Positions 29,270 through 42,618 of a DNA stretch of 64,000 nucleotides are shown piece by piece (the first letter of the stretch is position 1; every line of letters starts with the position of its first letter). The notes beneath the pieces were generated by a model. That model was given only the letters and a program-made list of their open reading frames with translations. It did no database searches and had not been told where the DNA came from. A program made the position numbers and the translations under genes. Source of the DNA: Macrostomum lignano (taxonomy: Eukaryota); NCBI GenBank assembly GCA_002269645.1, contig NIVC01000412.1:310001-374000 (forward strand). Reading direction: 5' to 3'.

Positions 29270-29620
29270 TTGACTGACTTGGGGGTGGGCTGATTGGCCG
29301 GGGGAGTTGACCAATTTGGGGGTAACTGATTGGTCGAGGGAGAGGTTGACTGACATGGGGGTGACTGATTGGCCGGGGGAGGGGTTGACCAATTTGGGGG
29401 TGACTGATTGGCTGGGGGAGAGGTTGACTGACATGGGGGTGGCTGATTGGCCGGAAGAAGGTTTGACTAATTTGGGGACGACTGATTGGCCGGGGGAGGG
29501 GTTGACTGACATGGGGTGGCTGATTGGCCGGGGGAGGGGTTGACTGACATGGGGTGGCTGATTGGCCGGGGGAGCGGTTGACTGACATGGGGGTGGCTGA
29601 TTGGCCGGTGGGGAGGGGTT
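29270..29620. repeat. G-rich ~39-bp minisatellite (GGGGTGGCTGATTGGCCGGGGGAGGGGTTGACTGACAT)
   Basis: Direct reading. Confidence 0.93.
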
Positions 29621-30355
29621 GGCTAGTTTTGAAGGAAGCAAATTAAGTAATTAAAAAAGAATTCAACGATTACAACTTTCTTACGCTCGTACTATCCAAA
29701 TTAAACGGCGATTCAGGTCGCGATTTTCTGTAGAATAAAAAATCAGACTAATTATTGATGATGTAACAAAATGATTAATTAAATAAATTTTCCGCAGCCG
29801 GGTGAATCAGTCAGCAATTAAAGAGACAAACCCGAAAACGATTTCGCTTCTCGGCAGAGCCATCCGTTGGGTTGCGGTCTCCGCATTGCGGCGGCCTTCC
29901 GCTGCAATTAAAAATCAAAATTTATGCTTTAATAAACAATAACTTCATATAATGATATGGTATGCAGCAAATATTTCGTTAGCCCACTCGATCCTCCAGC
30001 TACAGAAGCAGAGCCGCCCTTATCCGGCTCGTCCCTCAGTAGTCTGGAAGGGGGCAGTTTTGTTTTATTGCAATTGCAATTTGAATTTGAATTTTTATCT
30101 ATTATTTTCAACTCGTAAGAAGTATTATCTCGCGCGCAATGTCTGTAAGTTTATAATGGTAAGATTGAGTTTACGAGTACCCGTTAGGGACGGCGAAATT
30201 CCGGCCTATTCGGAAAACTGCAGAATTCGAGATAATTGGGAATTTTTTGCTGAAAAATAATAGAAACAACTTCCAAGCTCAACTTCCACATGCACAATAC
30301 GCGTGATTGATTCGAATTGAATTTTCAAATAAATATGTCAAAGGGACTTAGATAA

Positions 30356-31466
30356 TCACCTTAAGCAATTTTCATCCAGTTCAATGGAGCTGCAGCATGT
30401 GGCACCATTGTCTTCTGTCTTCGAATCGGCCACTTCCACGCTACTGGTCTCTTGGCTGTGGGCCAATTGCAGCTGGGTATAAGGAAGGAAGGAAGGAAGG
30501 AGGGAGGGAGATGAAGGAAAGGAGGAAGGGTGGGAGGAAGGAATGGAGGAAGAAAGAAAGGAAGGAAGAAGAGGGTGGAGGGAAGGAAAAGAGAAAGAAA
30601 GGGAGGGAGGGAGGAGGGAGGGAGGGAGGGAGGAAGGAAGGAAAGGAGGGAGGGAGATAGAGGAAGGGTGGGAGGAAGGGTGGGAGGAAGGAAGGGAGGA
30701 AGGAAGGGAGGAAGGGTGGGAGGAAGGAAGGGAGGAAGGGAGGCAGGTAGGAAGGGAGGAAGGAAGGGAGGAAGGGTGGGAGGAAGGAAGGGAGGAAGGG
30801 AGGCAGGGAGGAAGGGAGGCAGGTAGGAAGGGAGGAAGGAAGGGAGGAAGGGTGGGAGGAAGGAAGGGAGGAAGGAAGGGAGGAAGGGTGGGAGGAAGGA
30901 AGGGAGGAAGGGAGGCAGGGAGGAAGGGAGGAAGGAAGGGAGGAAGGGTGGGAGGAAGGAAGGGAGGAAGGGAGGCAGGGAGGAAGGGAGGAAGGGAGGC
31001 AGGTAGGAAGGGAGGAAGGAAGGGAGGAAGGGTGGGAGGAAGGAAGGGAGGAAGGGAGGCAGGGAGGAAGGGAGGAAGGGAGGAAGAGAGGCAGGGAGGA
31101 AGGGAGGGAGGAAGGGAGGAAGGAAGGGAGGAAGGGAGGAAGGGAGGAAGGGAGGCAGGGAGGAAGGGAGGAAGGAAGGGAGGCAGGGAGGAAGGGAGGG
31201 AGGAAGGGAAGGAAGGAGGAGGAAGGGAGGCAGGGAGGAAGGAAGGAAGGAAAGGAGGGAGGGAATATGCATCCCATGGCGTATATAGTTACTGTACATG
31301 TAATCACAGCAATACAACGGAAATGACGTCACCTAGAGGAGTCCAAGTCGAAGTGTTCGGTCAGCTTAATACATAAATACGCGAACAGGCCAGCGAAAGC
31401 AGCTACTAAAAGAATGCTGAACAGATAAAGGATGGAGATCCAGAGGTCCACGCTATCGTGCGGCAT
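30356..31466 (-). CDS. Putative small single-pass membrane protein (2 exons around a polypurine intron)
   Basis: Exon 31333-31466 encodes MPHDSVDLWISILYLFSILLVAAFAGLFAYLCIKLTEHFDLDSS (hydrophobic helix) with a phase-2 donor. A compatible acceptor at 30455 gives SQETSSVEVADSKTEDNGATCCSSIELDENCLR*. An alternative acceptor gives another tail. Confidence 0.4.
30480..31262. repeat. Polypurine (GGAA/GGGA)n tract
   Basis: About 780 bp of almost pure G/A. Confidence 0.98.
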
Positions 31467-31629
31467 TGCATGGGAGGTGTTGCCACTGACACAAAAGCTG
31501 CCACTATTGCGGGAGATCGCAGTATATAAATTTTTCAAATACATCGGCTCGTTTTCATTGGACGGAGTTAGTTAGCCAATTCGGATTGAGTGTTAGGATT
31601 CACAGATTTGAGTTGCGGAGACTGCCGTT

Positions 31630-32805
31630 CATAGGTGATGGAGAACTGGGTTTCCCAGGTGATGGAGAACTGGGATTTTCTCCCAGGTGATGGAGACTGA
31701 GATTTCCCAGGTGATGGAGACTGGGTTTCCCAGGTGATGGAGAACTGGGATTTCCTCCCAGGTGATGGAGACTGAGATTTCCCAGGTGATGGAGACTGGG
31801 ATTTCCCAGGTGATGGAGAACTGGGATTTCCTCCCAGGTGATGGAGAACTGGGATTTCCCAGGTAATGGAGACTGGGTTTCCTTCCCAGGTGATGGAGAC
31901 TGGGATTTCCTCCAAGGTGATGGAGACTGGGATTTCCCAGGTGATGGAGAACTCGGATTTCCTCCCAGGTGATGGAGACTGAGATTTCCCAGGTGATGGA
32001 GACTGAGATTTCCCAGGTGATGGAAACTGAGATTTCCCAGGTGATGGAGACTGGGTTTCTCAGGTGATGGAGAACTGAGATTTCCTCCCAGGTGATGGAG
32101 ACTGGGATTTCCCAGGTGTTAGAGAACTCTGATTTCCTTCCCAGGTGATGGAGACTGGGATTTCCTTCCCAGGTGATGGAGACTGGGATTTCCTCCCAGG
32201 TGATGGAGACTGAGATTTCCCAGGTGATGGAGACTGGGTTTCCTAGGTGATGGAGAACTGGGATTTCCTCCCAGGTGATGGAGACTGGGTTTCTCAGGTG
32301 ATGGAGAACTGGGATTTCCTCCCAGGTGATGGAGACTGGGTTTCTCAGGTGATGGAGAACTGGGATTTCCTCCCAGGTGATGGAGACTGGGATTTCCCAG
32401 GTGACGGAGAACTCTGATTTCCTTCCCGGGTGATGGAGACTGGGATTTCCTTCCCAGGTGATGGAGACTGGATTTCCTCCCAGGTGATGGAGACTGAGAT
32501 TTCCCAGGTGATGGAGACTGGGTTTCCCAGGTGATGGAGAACTGGGATTTCCTCCCAGGTGATGGAGACTGGGATTTCCCAGGTGATGGAGACTGGGTTT
32601 CCCAGGTGATGGAGAACTGGGATTTTCCAGGTGATGGAGACTGAGATTTCCCAGGTGATGGAGAACTGAGATTTCCCAGGTGATGGAGACTGAGATTTCC
32701 CAGGTGATGGAGACAGGGATTTCCCAGGTGATAGAGACTGGGATTTCCCAGGTGATGGAGGCTGGGATTTCCCAGGTGATAGAGACTGGGATTTCCCAGG
32801 TGATG
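31630..32805. repeat. 25-29-bp minisatellite (CCCAGGTGATGGAGACTGGGATTT core)
   Basis: Direct reading. Confidence 0.97.
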
Positions 32806-33489
32806 AAGATTCGAAAGGATAAAAAGAATTTTTAGAAATTCTTGAACAATTAAAGTATTTCAGAGCGTCATTGCAGTGATGGATGTACAGTGTATTTGAA
32901 TATTTTAAACCAAACAGTTTGCGAGCTTTGCTAAAGATGGCTTGTTATCATTTTTAGAAAAAATTGGACTCAGCCATTCAGAAAAAGCACTTGCTAGAAA
33001 ATTTCACGATAGAAAAGTTTAAAAAAAGCAAAACTTCTGAAATTTCTGTTTAGATAAAAAACTGTTGAATCAGAATTCCGCAAATTACCAATGACATTGA
33101 ATAATTAAAGGGAAAATTTACGTGACAAGATCAAACAAATAATTTATTAACTAATTTAGTTAGCATTTTTTGTTTTAACGAGCATGCAAAGATTGAATTT
33201 AAATTTGTGAGAAGAATGAGGAAACTGATTCACTTTTTGCAGAATCGAATAAGAGCATCGATGCATGTTGGATGAAATTTTATCATCAGTGAGTCAAAAT
33301 TTGATCAATGGGCAATCAAAATATTAAAAATTGAAGGCAAGCGGCTTCGCGACACGATAATTTGCTCATGATGGCTCAAGTACTGCGATTCACGGTCTGG
33401 GTTTCGAATAATTAGCTCTTTTTATTCACAGTAACTAACGAGCTTTGCTTCACAGATTTTGATTAACAGTCACACGGTTCACGGTCTTA

Positions 33490-34095
33490 CCATTCACGGT
33501 CTTACCATTCTAGCGATTCACAATCTTTCGATTCACAATCTAGCAATTCACAATCTTTCGATTCACAATCTAGCAATTCACAATCTAGCGATTCACAAAT
33601 CTAGCGATTCACAATAGTAAGATTCACAATCTTACCATTCACAATCTAGCGATTTATAATCATTCGATTCACAATCTTTCGATTCACAAATCCAGCGATT
33701 TACAATCTTTCGATTCACAATCTAGCGATTCACAATCTTTCGATTCACAAATCTAGCGATTCACAATCTTTCGATTCACAATCTAGCGATTCACAAATCT
33801 AGCGATTCAGAATCTAGCGATTCACAATCTTACCATTCACAATCTAGTGATTCACAATCTTACCATTCACAATCTAGCGATTCACAATCTTACCATTCAC
33901 AATCTAGCGATTCACAATCTAGCGATTCACAATCTTTCGATTCACAAATCTAGCGATTCACAATCTTGCGATTCACAATCTTACCATTCACAATCTAGCG
34001 ATTCACAATCTTACCATTCAAAATCTAGCGATTCACAATCTTACCATTCACAATCTAGCGATTCACAATCTTACCATTCACAATCTAGCGATTCA
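33490..34095. repeat. 15/16-bp minisatellite (TTCACAATCTAGCGA / TTCACAATCTTACCA)
   Basis: Alternating variants; lies just 3' of the espin-like stop codon. Confidence 0.96.
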
Positions 34096-34178
34096 CAGTC
34101 CTATGATTTTGAAATCTCACAATTCACCATTGAGAGCTAAGAACTCATCACTAAGCATTTGGGAACAACTCATTGAGC

Positions 34179-37100
34179 TCAGTTGCCCTTCTTCTTCAGA
34201 ATGATGTTTCTCTTCCACTCCGGCATGCCCGCCAGCTTCTCGGCCTCCTCAGCCTCGCGCCGGCGCCTCTCCTCAATGGGCAGCGCCTCCTCCCTGGCGC
34301 GCGCCTGGCGCTGATCGATCAGCTGGCGCTTCCACTCGGGCACGGCGCGCTGCCAGCGCTCCTGGCGCTCCTCCTCGGCTTTAGCGGCCAGAAAAGAGTC
34401 GATGGCTTCGCGATTCTTACGCTCGAGCAGGGCGCGCTTCCAATCCGGGGTGCCGGGCGGGATGGCTGAGTAGCCGGGCACCGAGGCCAGCTCAGCGTCT
34501 GTCAGCTGCGGCTGGCCGCTGGAGTCGTCCGGCTGGCGGCTGCTGTGGTTGCTGTCTGACGGCATGACGGCTGGCTGCGGAACTGCTGAAAGTTTTCAGA
34601 TTTTAGTTGTTGTGTTGAGGTGTCGGAACGTTAACGAAACATGTTTTTCTTCAGGTGGGGAAAGGTATTAGATTAGATATTAGTATTAGATGCATTATAA
34701 GGTGATGAAGTGTCTGTGTCAGTAGTTGATGAAGTATTTGTGTCAGAAGGTGATAAAGTATTTGTGTCAGAAGGTGATAAAGTATTTGTCAGTAGTTGAA
34801 CTTGTGTCAGTAGTTGATGAAGTATTTGTGTCAGAAGGTGATAAAGTATTTGTGTCAGAAAGTGATAAAGTATTTGTGTCAGAAGGTGATAAAGTATTTG
34901 TGTCAGAAGGTGAGAAAGTATTTGTGTCAGAAGGTGAGAAAGTATTTGTGTCAGTATTTGAACTTGTGTCAGTGGTCGATGAAGTATTTGTGTCAGAAGG
35001 TGATAAAGTATTTGTGTCAGAAGGTGATAAAGTATTTGTGTCAGTAGTTGAACTTGTGTCAGTAGTTGATGAAGTATTTGTGTCAGAAGGTGATAAAATA
35101 TTTGTGTCAGTAGTTGAACTTGTGTCAGTAGTTGATGAAGTATTTGTGTCAGAAGGTGATAAAGTATTTGCGTCAGAAGGTGAGAAAGTATTTGTGTCAG
35201 TATTTGAACTTGTGTCAGTAGTTGATAAAGTATTTGTGTCAGAAGGTGATAAAGTATTTGTGTCAGAAAGTGATAAAGTATTTGTGTCAGAAGGTGATAA
35301 AGTATTTGTGTCAGAAGGTGAGAAAGTATTTGTGTCAGTATTTGAACTTGTGTCAGTGGTCGATGAAGTATTTGTGTCAGAAGGTGATAAAGTATTTGTG
35401 TCAGAAGGTGAGAAAGTATTTGTGTTAGTAGTTGAACTTGTGTCAGTAGTTGATGAAGTACTTGTATCAGTAGTTGATAAAGTATTTGCGTCAGGTGATA
35501 AAGTATTTGTGTCAGGTGATGAAGTATTTGCGTCAGAAGGTGATGAAGTATTTGTGTCAGGTGATTAAGTATTTGTGTCAGTAGTTGATGAAGTATTTGC
35601 GTCAGGTGATGAAGTATTTGTGTCAGGTGATCAAGAATTTGTGTCAGGTGATGAAGTATTTGTGTCAGTATTTGATTAAGTATTTGTGTCAGAAGGTGAG
35701 AAAGTATTTGTGTCAGTAGTTGATGAAGTACTTGTGTCAGTAGTTGATGAAGTATTTGCGTCAGGTGATAAAGTATTTGTGTCAGGTGATGAAGTATTTG
35801 CGTCAGAAGGTGATGAAGTATTTGTGTCAGGTGATGAAGTATTTGTGTCAGTAGTTGATGAAGTATTTGCGTCAGGTGATGAAGTATTTGTGTCAGGTGA
35901 TGAAGAATTTGTGTCAGGTGATGAAGTATTCGTGTCAGTAGTTGATTAAGTTTTTGTGTCAGAAGGTGATGTAGCATTTGTGTCAGAAGGTGAGGTAGTA
36001 TTCGTGTCAGAAGGTGATAAAGTATTTGTGTCAGAAGGTGATGAAGTATTTGTGTCAGAAGGTGATGAAGCATTTGCGTCAGGTGATGAAGTATTTGTGT
36101 CAGGTGATGAAGTATTTGTGTCAGTAGTTGATGAAGTATTTGTGTCAGAAGGTGATGAAGTATTTGTGTCAGTAGTTGATTAAGTATTTGTGTCAGAAAG
36201 TGATAAAGTATTTGTGTCAGAAGGTGATGAAGTATTTGTGTCAGAAAGTGATTAAGTATTTGTGTCAGAAGGTGAGGTAGTATTTGTGTCAGAAGGTGAG
36301 GTAGTATTTGTGTCAGAAGGTGAGGTAGTATTTGTGTCAGAAAATGAGGTAGCATTTGTGTCAGAAGGTGAGGTAGTATTCGTGTCAGAAGGTGATAAAG
36401 TATTTGTGTCAGAAGGTGATGAAGTATTTGTGTCAGAAGGTGATGAAGTATTTGTGTCAGAAGGTGATGAAGTATTTGTGTCAGAAGGTGATGAAGTATT
36501 TGGGTCATGTGATAAAGTATTTGTGTCAGAAGGTGATGAAGTATTTGAGTCAGAAGGTGATGAAGTATTTGTGTCAGAAGGTGATGAAGTATTTGTGTCA
36601 GATGGTGATGAAGTGTTTGGGTCATGTGATAAAGTATTTGTGTCAGAAGGTGATGAAGTATTTGTGTCAGAAGGTGATGAAGTATTTGGGTCATGTGATA
36701 AAGTATTTGTGTCAGAAGGTGATGAAGTATTTGTCAGAAGGTGATGAAGTATTTGTGTCAGAAGGTGATGAAGTGTTTGGGTCATGTGATAAAGTATTTG
36801 TGTCAGAAGGTGATGAAGTATTTGTGTCACACTGTAATAAGGTGTTTAAAAAAATCTGGTAAAATGTCATACTACTGATGAATCCCTAACAGTAGTCAGT
36901 TGCGGTTTCGTATTAAATGTTCACCTGTAGCTACAGAAGCAGCCGGTATGGCGGGTTCGGGGTCTTTGCTGTGAACCGGCTTCAGCAAAAGACTCGGAGG
37001 GGGCGGCGGCAGTTCGTTTGGATCGAAGAGGTCGCCAGCTGGAGCTGCGTGTGACTGACTGCAGTCGCCTGCGGAACCTGCGGTGGTTTTTGGGACATTG

Positions 37101-39369
37101 AAATTATTTACCTAGCTTGTGGATTAAAATAGTTTCTTCTCTATCAGCTCCTCTCTCCTCTCCTCTCCTCTCTCTTCTCTCCTCATATCCTCTCCTTTCT
37201 CTTTCCTTATCTCCTCTCCTCTCTCCTCTTTTCTCTCTACTCATCTCTTCTCCTTTATTCTCTTGCCTCTCCTTTCTCTATCTCACTTTTCTCTTCTTAA
37301 TCCATCTCCTCTCTCCCCTCCTCTCGACCGCAGTCATGCTCTATAGGTCCTCTATCTGGCCTTTGAGGTAAAAAAGTTTTCCAACCTCCAAGAGAAGATA
37401 AGTAGGGGATAAGGAACACAGAAGAGGAGATAAGGAACAGAGAGGAGGAGATAAGGAACAGAGAAGAGGAGATAAGGAACAGAGAGGAGGAGATAAGGAA
37501 CAGGGAAGAGGAGATAAGGAACAGAGAAGAGGAGATAAGGAACAGAGAAGAGGAGATAAGGAACAGAGAAGAGGTGATAAGGAACAGAGAAGAGGAGATA
37601 AGGAACAGAGAAGAGGTGATAAGGAACAGAGAAGAGGTGATAAGGAACAGAGAAGAGGTGATAAGGAACAGAGAAGAGGTGATAAGGAACAGAGTAGAGG
37701 AGATAAGGAACAGGGAAGAGGAGATAAGGAACAGGGAAGAGGTGATAAGGAACAGAAGGAGATAAGGAACAGAGAAGAGGAGATAAGGAACAGAGTAGAG
37801 GAGATAAGGAACAGAGTAGAGGAGATAAGGAACAGAGAAGAGGAGATAAGGAACAGAGTAGAGGAGATAAGGAACAGAGAAGAGGAGATAAGGAACAGAG
37901 AAGAGGTGATAAGGAACAGAGTAGAGGAGATAAGGAACAGAGAAGAGGAGATAAGGAACAGAGAGGAGGAGATAAGGAACAGGGAAGAGGAGATAAGGAA
38001 CAGAGAAGAGGAGATAAGGAACAGAGAAGAGGAGATAAGGAACAGAGAAGAGGTGATAAGGAACAGAGAAGAGGAGATAAGGAACAGAGAAGAGGTGATA
38101 AGGAACAGAGAAGAGGTGATAAGGAACAGAGAAGAGGTGATAAGGAACAGAGAAGAGGAGATAAGGAACAGGGAAGAGGAGATAAGGAACAGGGAAGAGG
38201 TGATAAGGAACAGAAGGAGATAAGGAACAGAGAAGAGGAGATAAGGAACAGAGTAGAGGAGATAAGGAACAGAGTAGAGGAGATAAGGAACAGAGAAGAG
38301 GAGATAAGGAACAGAGTAGAGGAGATAAGGAACAGAGAAGAGGAGATAAGGAACAGAGAAGAGGTGATAAGGAACAGAGAAGAGGTGATAAGGAACAGAG
38401 TAGAGGAGATAAGGAACAGGGAAGAGGAGATAAGGAACAGAGAAGAGGAGATAAGGAACAGAGAAGAGGTGATAAGGAACAGAGAAGAGGTGATAAGGAA
38501 CAGAGAAGAGGAGATAAGGAACAGAGAAGAGGTGATAAGGAACAGAGAAGAGGTGATAAGGAACAGAGAAGAGGAGATAAGGAACAGGGAAGAGGAGATA
38601 AGGAACAGAGAAGAGGTGATAAGGAACAGAGAAGAGGTGATAAGGAACAGAGAAGAGGTGATAAGGAACAGAGAAGAGGAGATAAGGAACAGGGAAGAGG
38701 AGATAAGGAACAGAGAAGAGGTGATAAGGAACAGAGAAGAGGTGATAAGGAACAGAGAAGAGGTGATAAGGAACAGAGTAGAGGAGATAAGGAAGATTGC
38801 GTGCAAACAAGTTGAAACAAACAAAAAACTTTGAAAGTCACAAGAGTCCGAAAACAGCCCCCACTTACCTGATGAAGCTGAGCACTTGCTACTCGCGGAC
38901 TTTCTAAGCGACACGCCCTGCTGCAGCTGAGCAATTATAGCGGCTTGGCCGGGGCCTCCACCGCTGGGGTTGCGGCTGACTTGAACGGATGCTGAGGTGT
39001 CGGTTGATGGGGCGGCAGTAATTATTGCGGCCTGGGCTGAAGCTCCATTCCTTGGCGGCGGCGGAGGCTTGCACTCGGAGTTTGACCTGCCCACTGCGAG
39101 TCAGGCGGGGGGTGAACGGGAGAGAGTGATAGTGATGGGGAAAGGAACTGTGTAGCAAGAGTTCAGCCCCAGCAGCTGGCCCGGTTGCTAAGACTGAGAG
39201 AAGCATGCATGTTAGATAAGAGTAGAAAACCGGCAGGATGCGACCAGTTCATGAATTATTAATTTGATTGCAGGTCCTGCTAGATGGGTGACGTCTGTGC
39301 GCGCTGTGGATCGTAAGTTTTAGACTACGTATGCCCTGATCAAAAACTGCAGCTTATGCTGTACTTGCA

Positions 39370-39446
<77 letters not shown>

Positions 39447-42400
39447 TCAATAGTAGTAGTAGTAGTATAGTATTAGTAGTAATAGTAGTAGTATCTACTC
39501 ACCTTTCTTAGCAGACCCAGCAGAGGTGGCCCTGGCAACGCCTGACAACAAGCTTTGCTTCAGCAATTGCAGCTGGGACACAACCGAAGATGCTGCGGAT
39601 GTCTGCGTCTTCTGCTGCTGCTGCTGTTGTTGCCAATAATCGCCACCTTCAGGTGCAAACTGATAAGGTACCGCGTAGGTCTGATCCTCGTCTTCTTCTG
39701 CCACAAGTTCCTTTTTCTGTTGTACCAGATATTGCTGCTGCTGCTGTTGCTGCTGCTTCTGCTGGGGTGGCGTGGGCGGTGGCGGAGGTGTCGGAGGTGG
39801 CGGAGGCAGCGGGCGATACTCCAGCTTCTGCGGAGCCTGGGGAGGCACTGCTGGAGACGGGGTGAACTGCTGCTGCTGCTGCTGCTGCGGAACTAATGGA
39901 TGACTGGAAGACTCGGAAGCAACCTGCTGAAGGATGAAGCGCTGCTGCTGCTGCTGGCCCCCCTGCTGAGGAGCCGGCTGCAGCACCAGCTGGGTTGGCT
40001 GTTCCGCAGGCTGCTTGGAGCTTGAAGGCTTCTTCGCTTTGGACAGCACGTTCTGCTTGTTGAAGAGGTTCAGGATCTCCGAGACAGACGGCACCGCGGT
40101 CTCGATGTCTGAGTCGATGTCCTCCTCGTCCCTGGTGGCATCCTCGAACTCCAGTGGTGGAGGCGGCAGCGACGGAGGCTGCGGTTGCTGCTGGACGAAC
40201 AACACTTCGGGTTCGCTTTTGCCCGACAGTCGAGTCGACGGAGCCCGTCGAGGAATGCTCGGCGGCGAAGGTCGTCCAACGGCTGGCATCGACGGACTGT
40301 CGGGAGCGACGACCCGTCGGAGAAAACTGCTGCAGTTTTGCTGCTGCTGCTGCTGCGGCTGCTGATATGACGGCTGCTGTGGCTGCTGCTTGCGGCACTC
40401 TGAGAGAGCTGCTGAAGGCAGCGGCAGGCAGTTCACCGGGCGCAAAGTTGCGTGCGGCGTCTTGGCCGCCGCCGCTGCCAGCCGGTTGCGACCGGACAGA
40501 CCTGAGTCTGCGCTTGCTGCCTGCGGCGACTGGGACAGCACGTCTGGGAGAGGGAGGGGGTGAGGTGGTGCATTTGCTCACGCTAATAATTAATTATATC
40601 ACCTGGTTACCTGAGAATCTCACTCGGATACCTGAGAATCTCACTCGGATACATGAGAATCTCACTCGGATACCTGAGAATCTCACTCGGATACCTGAGA
40701 ATCTCACTCGGATACATGAGAATCTCACTCGGATACCTGAGAATTTCACTCGGATACCTGAGAATCTCACTCGGATACCTGAGAATCTCACTCGGATACA
40801 TGAGAATTTCACTCGGATACCTGAGAATCTCACTCGGATACCTGAGAATCTCACTCGGATACCTGAGAATCTCAACCCGGATACATGAGAATCTCACTCG
40901 GATACCTGAGAATCTCACTCGGATACCTGAGAATCTCACTCGGATACCTGAGAATCTCACTCGGATACATGAGAATCTCGCTCGGATACCTGAGAATCTC
41001 ACTCGGATACCTGAGAATCTCACTCGGATACCTGAGAATCTCACTCGGATACCTGAGAATCTCACTCGGATACCTGAGAATCTCACTCGGATACATGAGA
41101 ATCTCACTCGGATACCTGAGAATCTCACTCGGATACATGAGAATCTCACTCGGATACATGAGAATCTCACTCGGATACATGAGAATCTCACTCGGATACC
41201 TAAGAATCTCAACCCGGATACATGAGAATCTCACTCGGATACCTAAGAATCTCAACCCGGATACATGAGAATCTCACTCGGATACATAAAAAATTACTCG
41301 GATACCTGAGAATCTCAACCCGGACACCTGAGAATCTCACTCGGATACCTGAGAATCTCACTCAGATAATTGAGAATCTCACTCAAAATAGATCTAGTTA
41401 AGAGTTCAAATAACAATTAAGATGGGATGGGATCTGTTTTGATATCTGCATTAAGAAATTAGGAACCTAAGCTGAATTTTGCTTAACCAAGAAAATTGAG
41501 CAATAATATTTGCTTTCCATTTACTAATAAGTAGGATGTAACGCTCCTTATTTCTCTTATTGGATTTAATTTTTAGTGTAAATAAGATTGATAGTTTTTC
41601 AACCTTCTTACCATAAATGGAAGTGGAGATTTCGGCTGAACTGTTGGCAACGCTGGTGGACATTGCGGCTTGGCCGTCCCGAGTTTCGGGCGTCGAATAA
41701 CTGCTGGCAGGCGCTGTCAGAAGGCACTCGTGACTTCGAAGTACAGCGTCAAGTTCCTCGAGAGAGCGGAGAGCCTCCTCGTTTCTGCATGGATTAGGGG
41801 TTAGTTAGTGTGCGGGGGGGCTGCGGCCGCCCGCTGTCACAGAATTCCAGGCCACGGCGAGGAGGCGCCTGACCCCTGACCACGCACACGCAACACGCTC
41901 ACACAGTGTGTACAGTTTTTGTTGGAATTGGGGGTGATTTTGTTGGAATTGGGGACGATTTTGTTGGAATTGGGGACGATCTTGTTGGAATTGGGGACGA
42001 TTTTGTTGAAATTGGGGACGATTCTGTTGGAATTGGGGGCGATTTTGTTGGAATTGGGGCGATTTTGTTAAAATAGGGGGCGATTTTGTTGGAATTGGGG
42101 GCGATTTTGTTGGAATTGGGGCGATTTTGTTGAAATTGGGGACGATTCTGTTGGAATTGGGGGGCGATTTTTTGAAATTGGGGGGATATTGTTGGAATTG
42201 GGGACGATTTTGTTGGAATTGGGGCGATTTTGTTGGAATTGGGGGCGATTTTGTTGGAATTAGGGGGCGATTTTGTTGGCATTGGGGACGATTTTGTTGG
42301 AATTGGGGGGCTATTGTTTGAATTGGGGGATATTGTTGGAATTGGGGGGGATATTGTTGAAATTGGGGGCGATTTTGTTGGAAATGGGGGCGATTTTGTT

Positions 42401-42618
42401 GGAATGGGGGGGGGGCGATTCTGTTGGAATTGGGGGCGATTTTGTTGGAATTGGGGGGCGATTTTGTTGGCATTGGGGGCGATTTTGTTGGAATGGTTGG
42501 CGACTTTCTCAACTCACGCAAGTTTATCCAGTAAAAGCAGCCTCTGCTGCTGCATGTGGCCTTGCTGGGCAGCAGCAAGGTGCTGAGGCACTCGATGAAG
42601 CCCAGTCGCAAAAGGCAT
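34179..42618 (-). CDS. Espin/forked-like actin-binding protein (~699 aa, 6 exons)
   Basis: Exons 42518-42618, 41612-41784, 39503-40543, 38869-39093, 36925-37077 and 34179-34585 are all GT-AG and total 2100 nt in one frame. Contains Pro/Gln-rich segments, a WH2-like AAIIAQLQQGVSLRKS, and a C-terminal module with three PxWKR motifs ending EKLAGMPEWKRNIILKKKGN*, like the espin actin-bundling module. Confidence 0.8.
34680..36835. repeat. Complex ~21-24-bp minisatellite (TGTCAGAAGGTGATGAAGTATTTG)
   Basis: Fills intron 34586-36924. Confidence 0.98.
37400..38790. repeat. 21-bp minisatellite (GATAAGGAACAGAGAAGAGGA)n
   Basis: 7-aa periodicity IRNREEE; preceded by a CT-rich tract at 37130-37320. Confidence 0.98.
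39370..39492. repeat. (TAG)n microsatellite
   Basis: Abuts the donor at 39502. Confidence 0.97.
40610..41390. repeat. 21-bp minisatellite (GAGAATCTCACTCGGATACCT)n
   Basis: 7-aa periodicity ENLTRIP. Confidence 0.98.
41915..42492. repeat. ~20-21-bp minisatellite (GATTTTGTTGGAATTGGGGGC)n
   Basis: Direct reading. Confidence 0.97.

Noticed and set aside
34586-42517. Hypothesis that intronic arrays avoid AG/GT on the sense strand
   Set aside because: True for three arrays, but the 40610-41390 unit contains AG/GTA and GTGAG, and the WSC intron unit contains AG.
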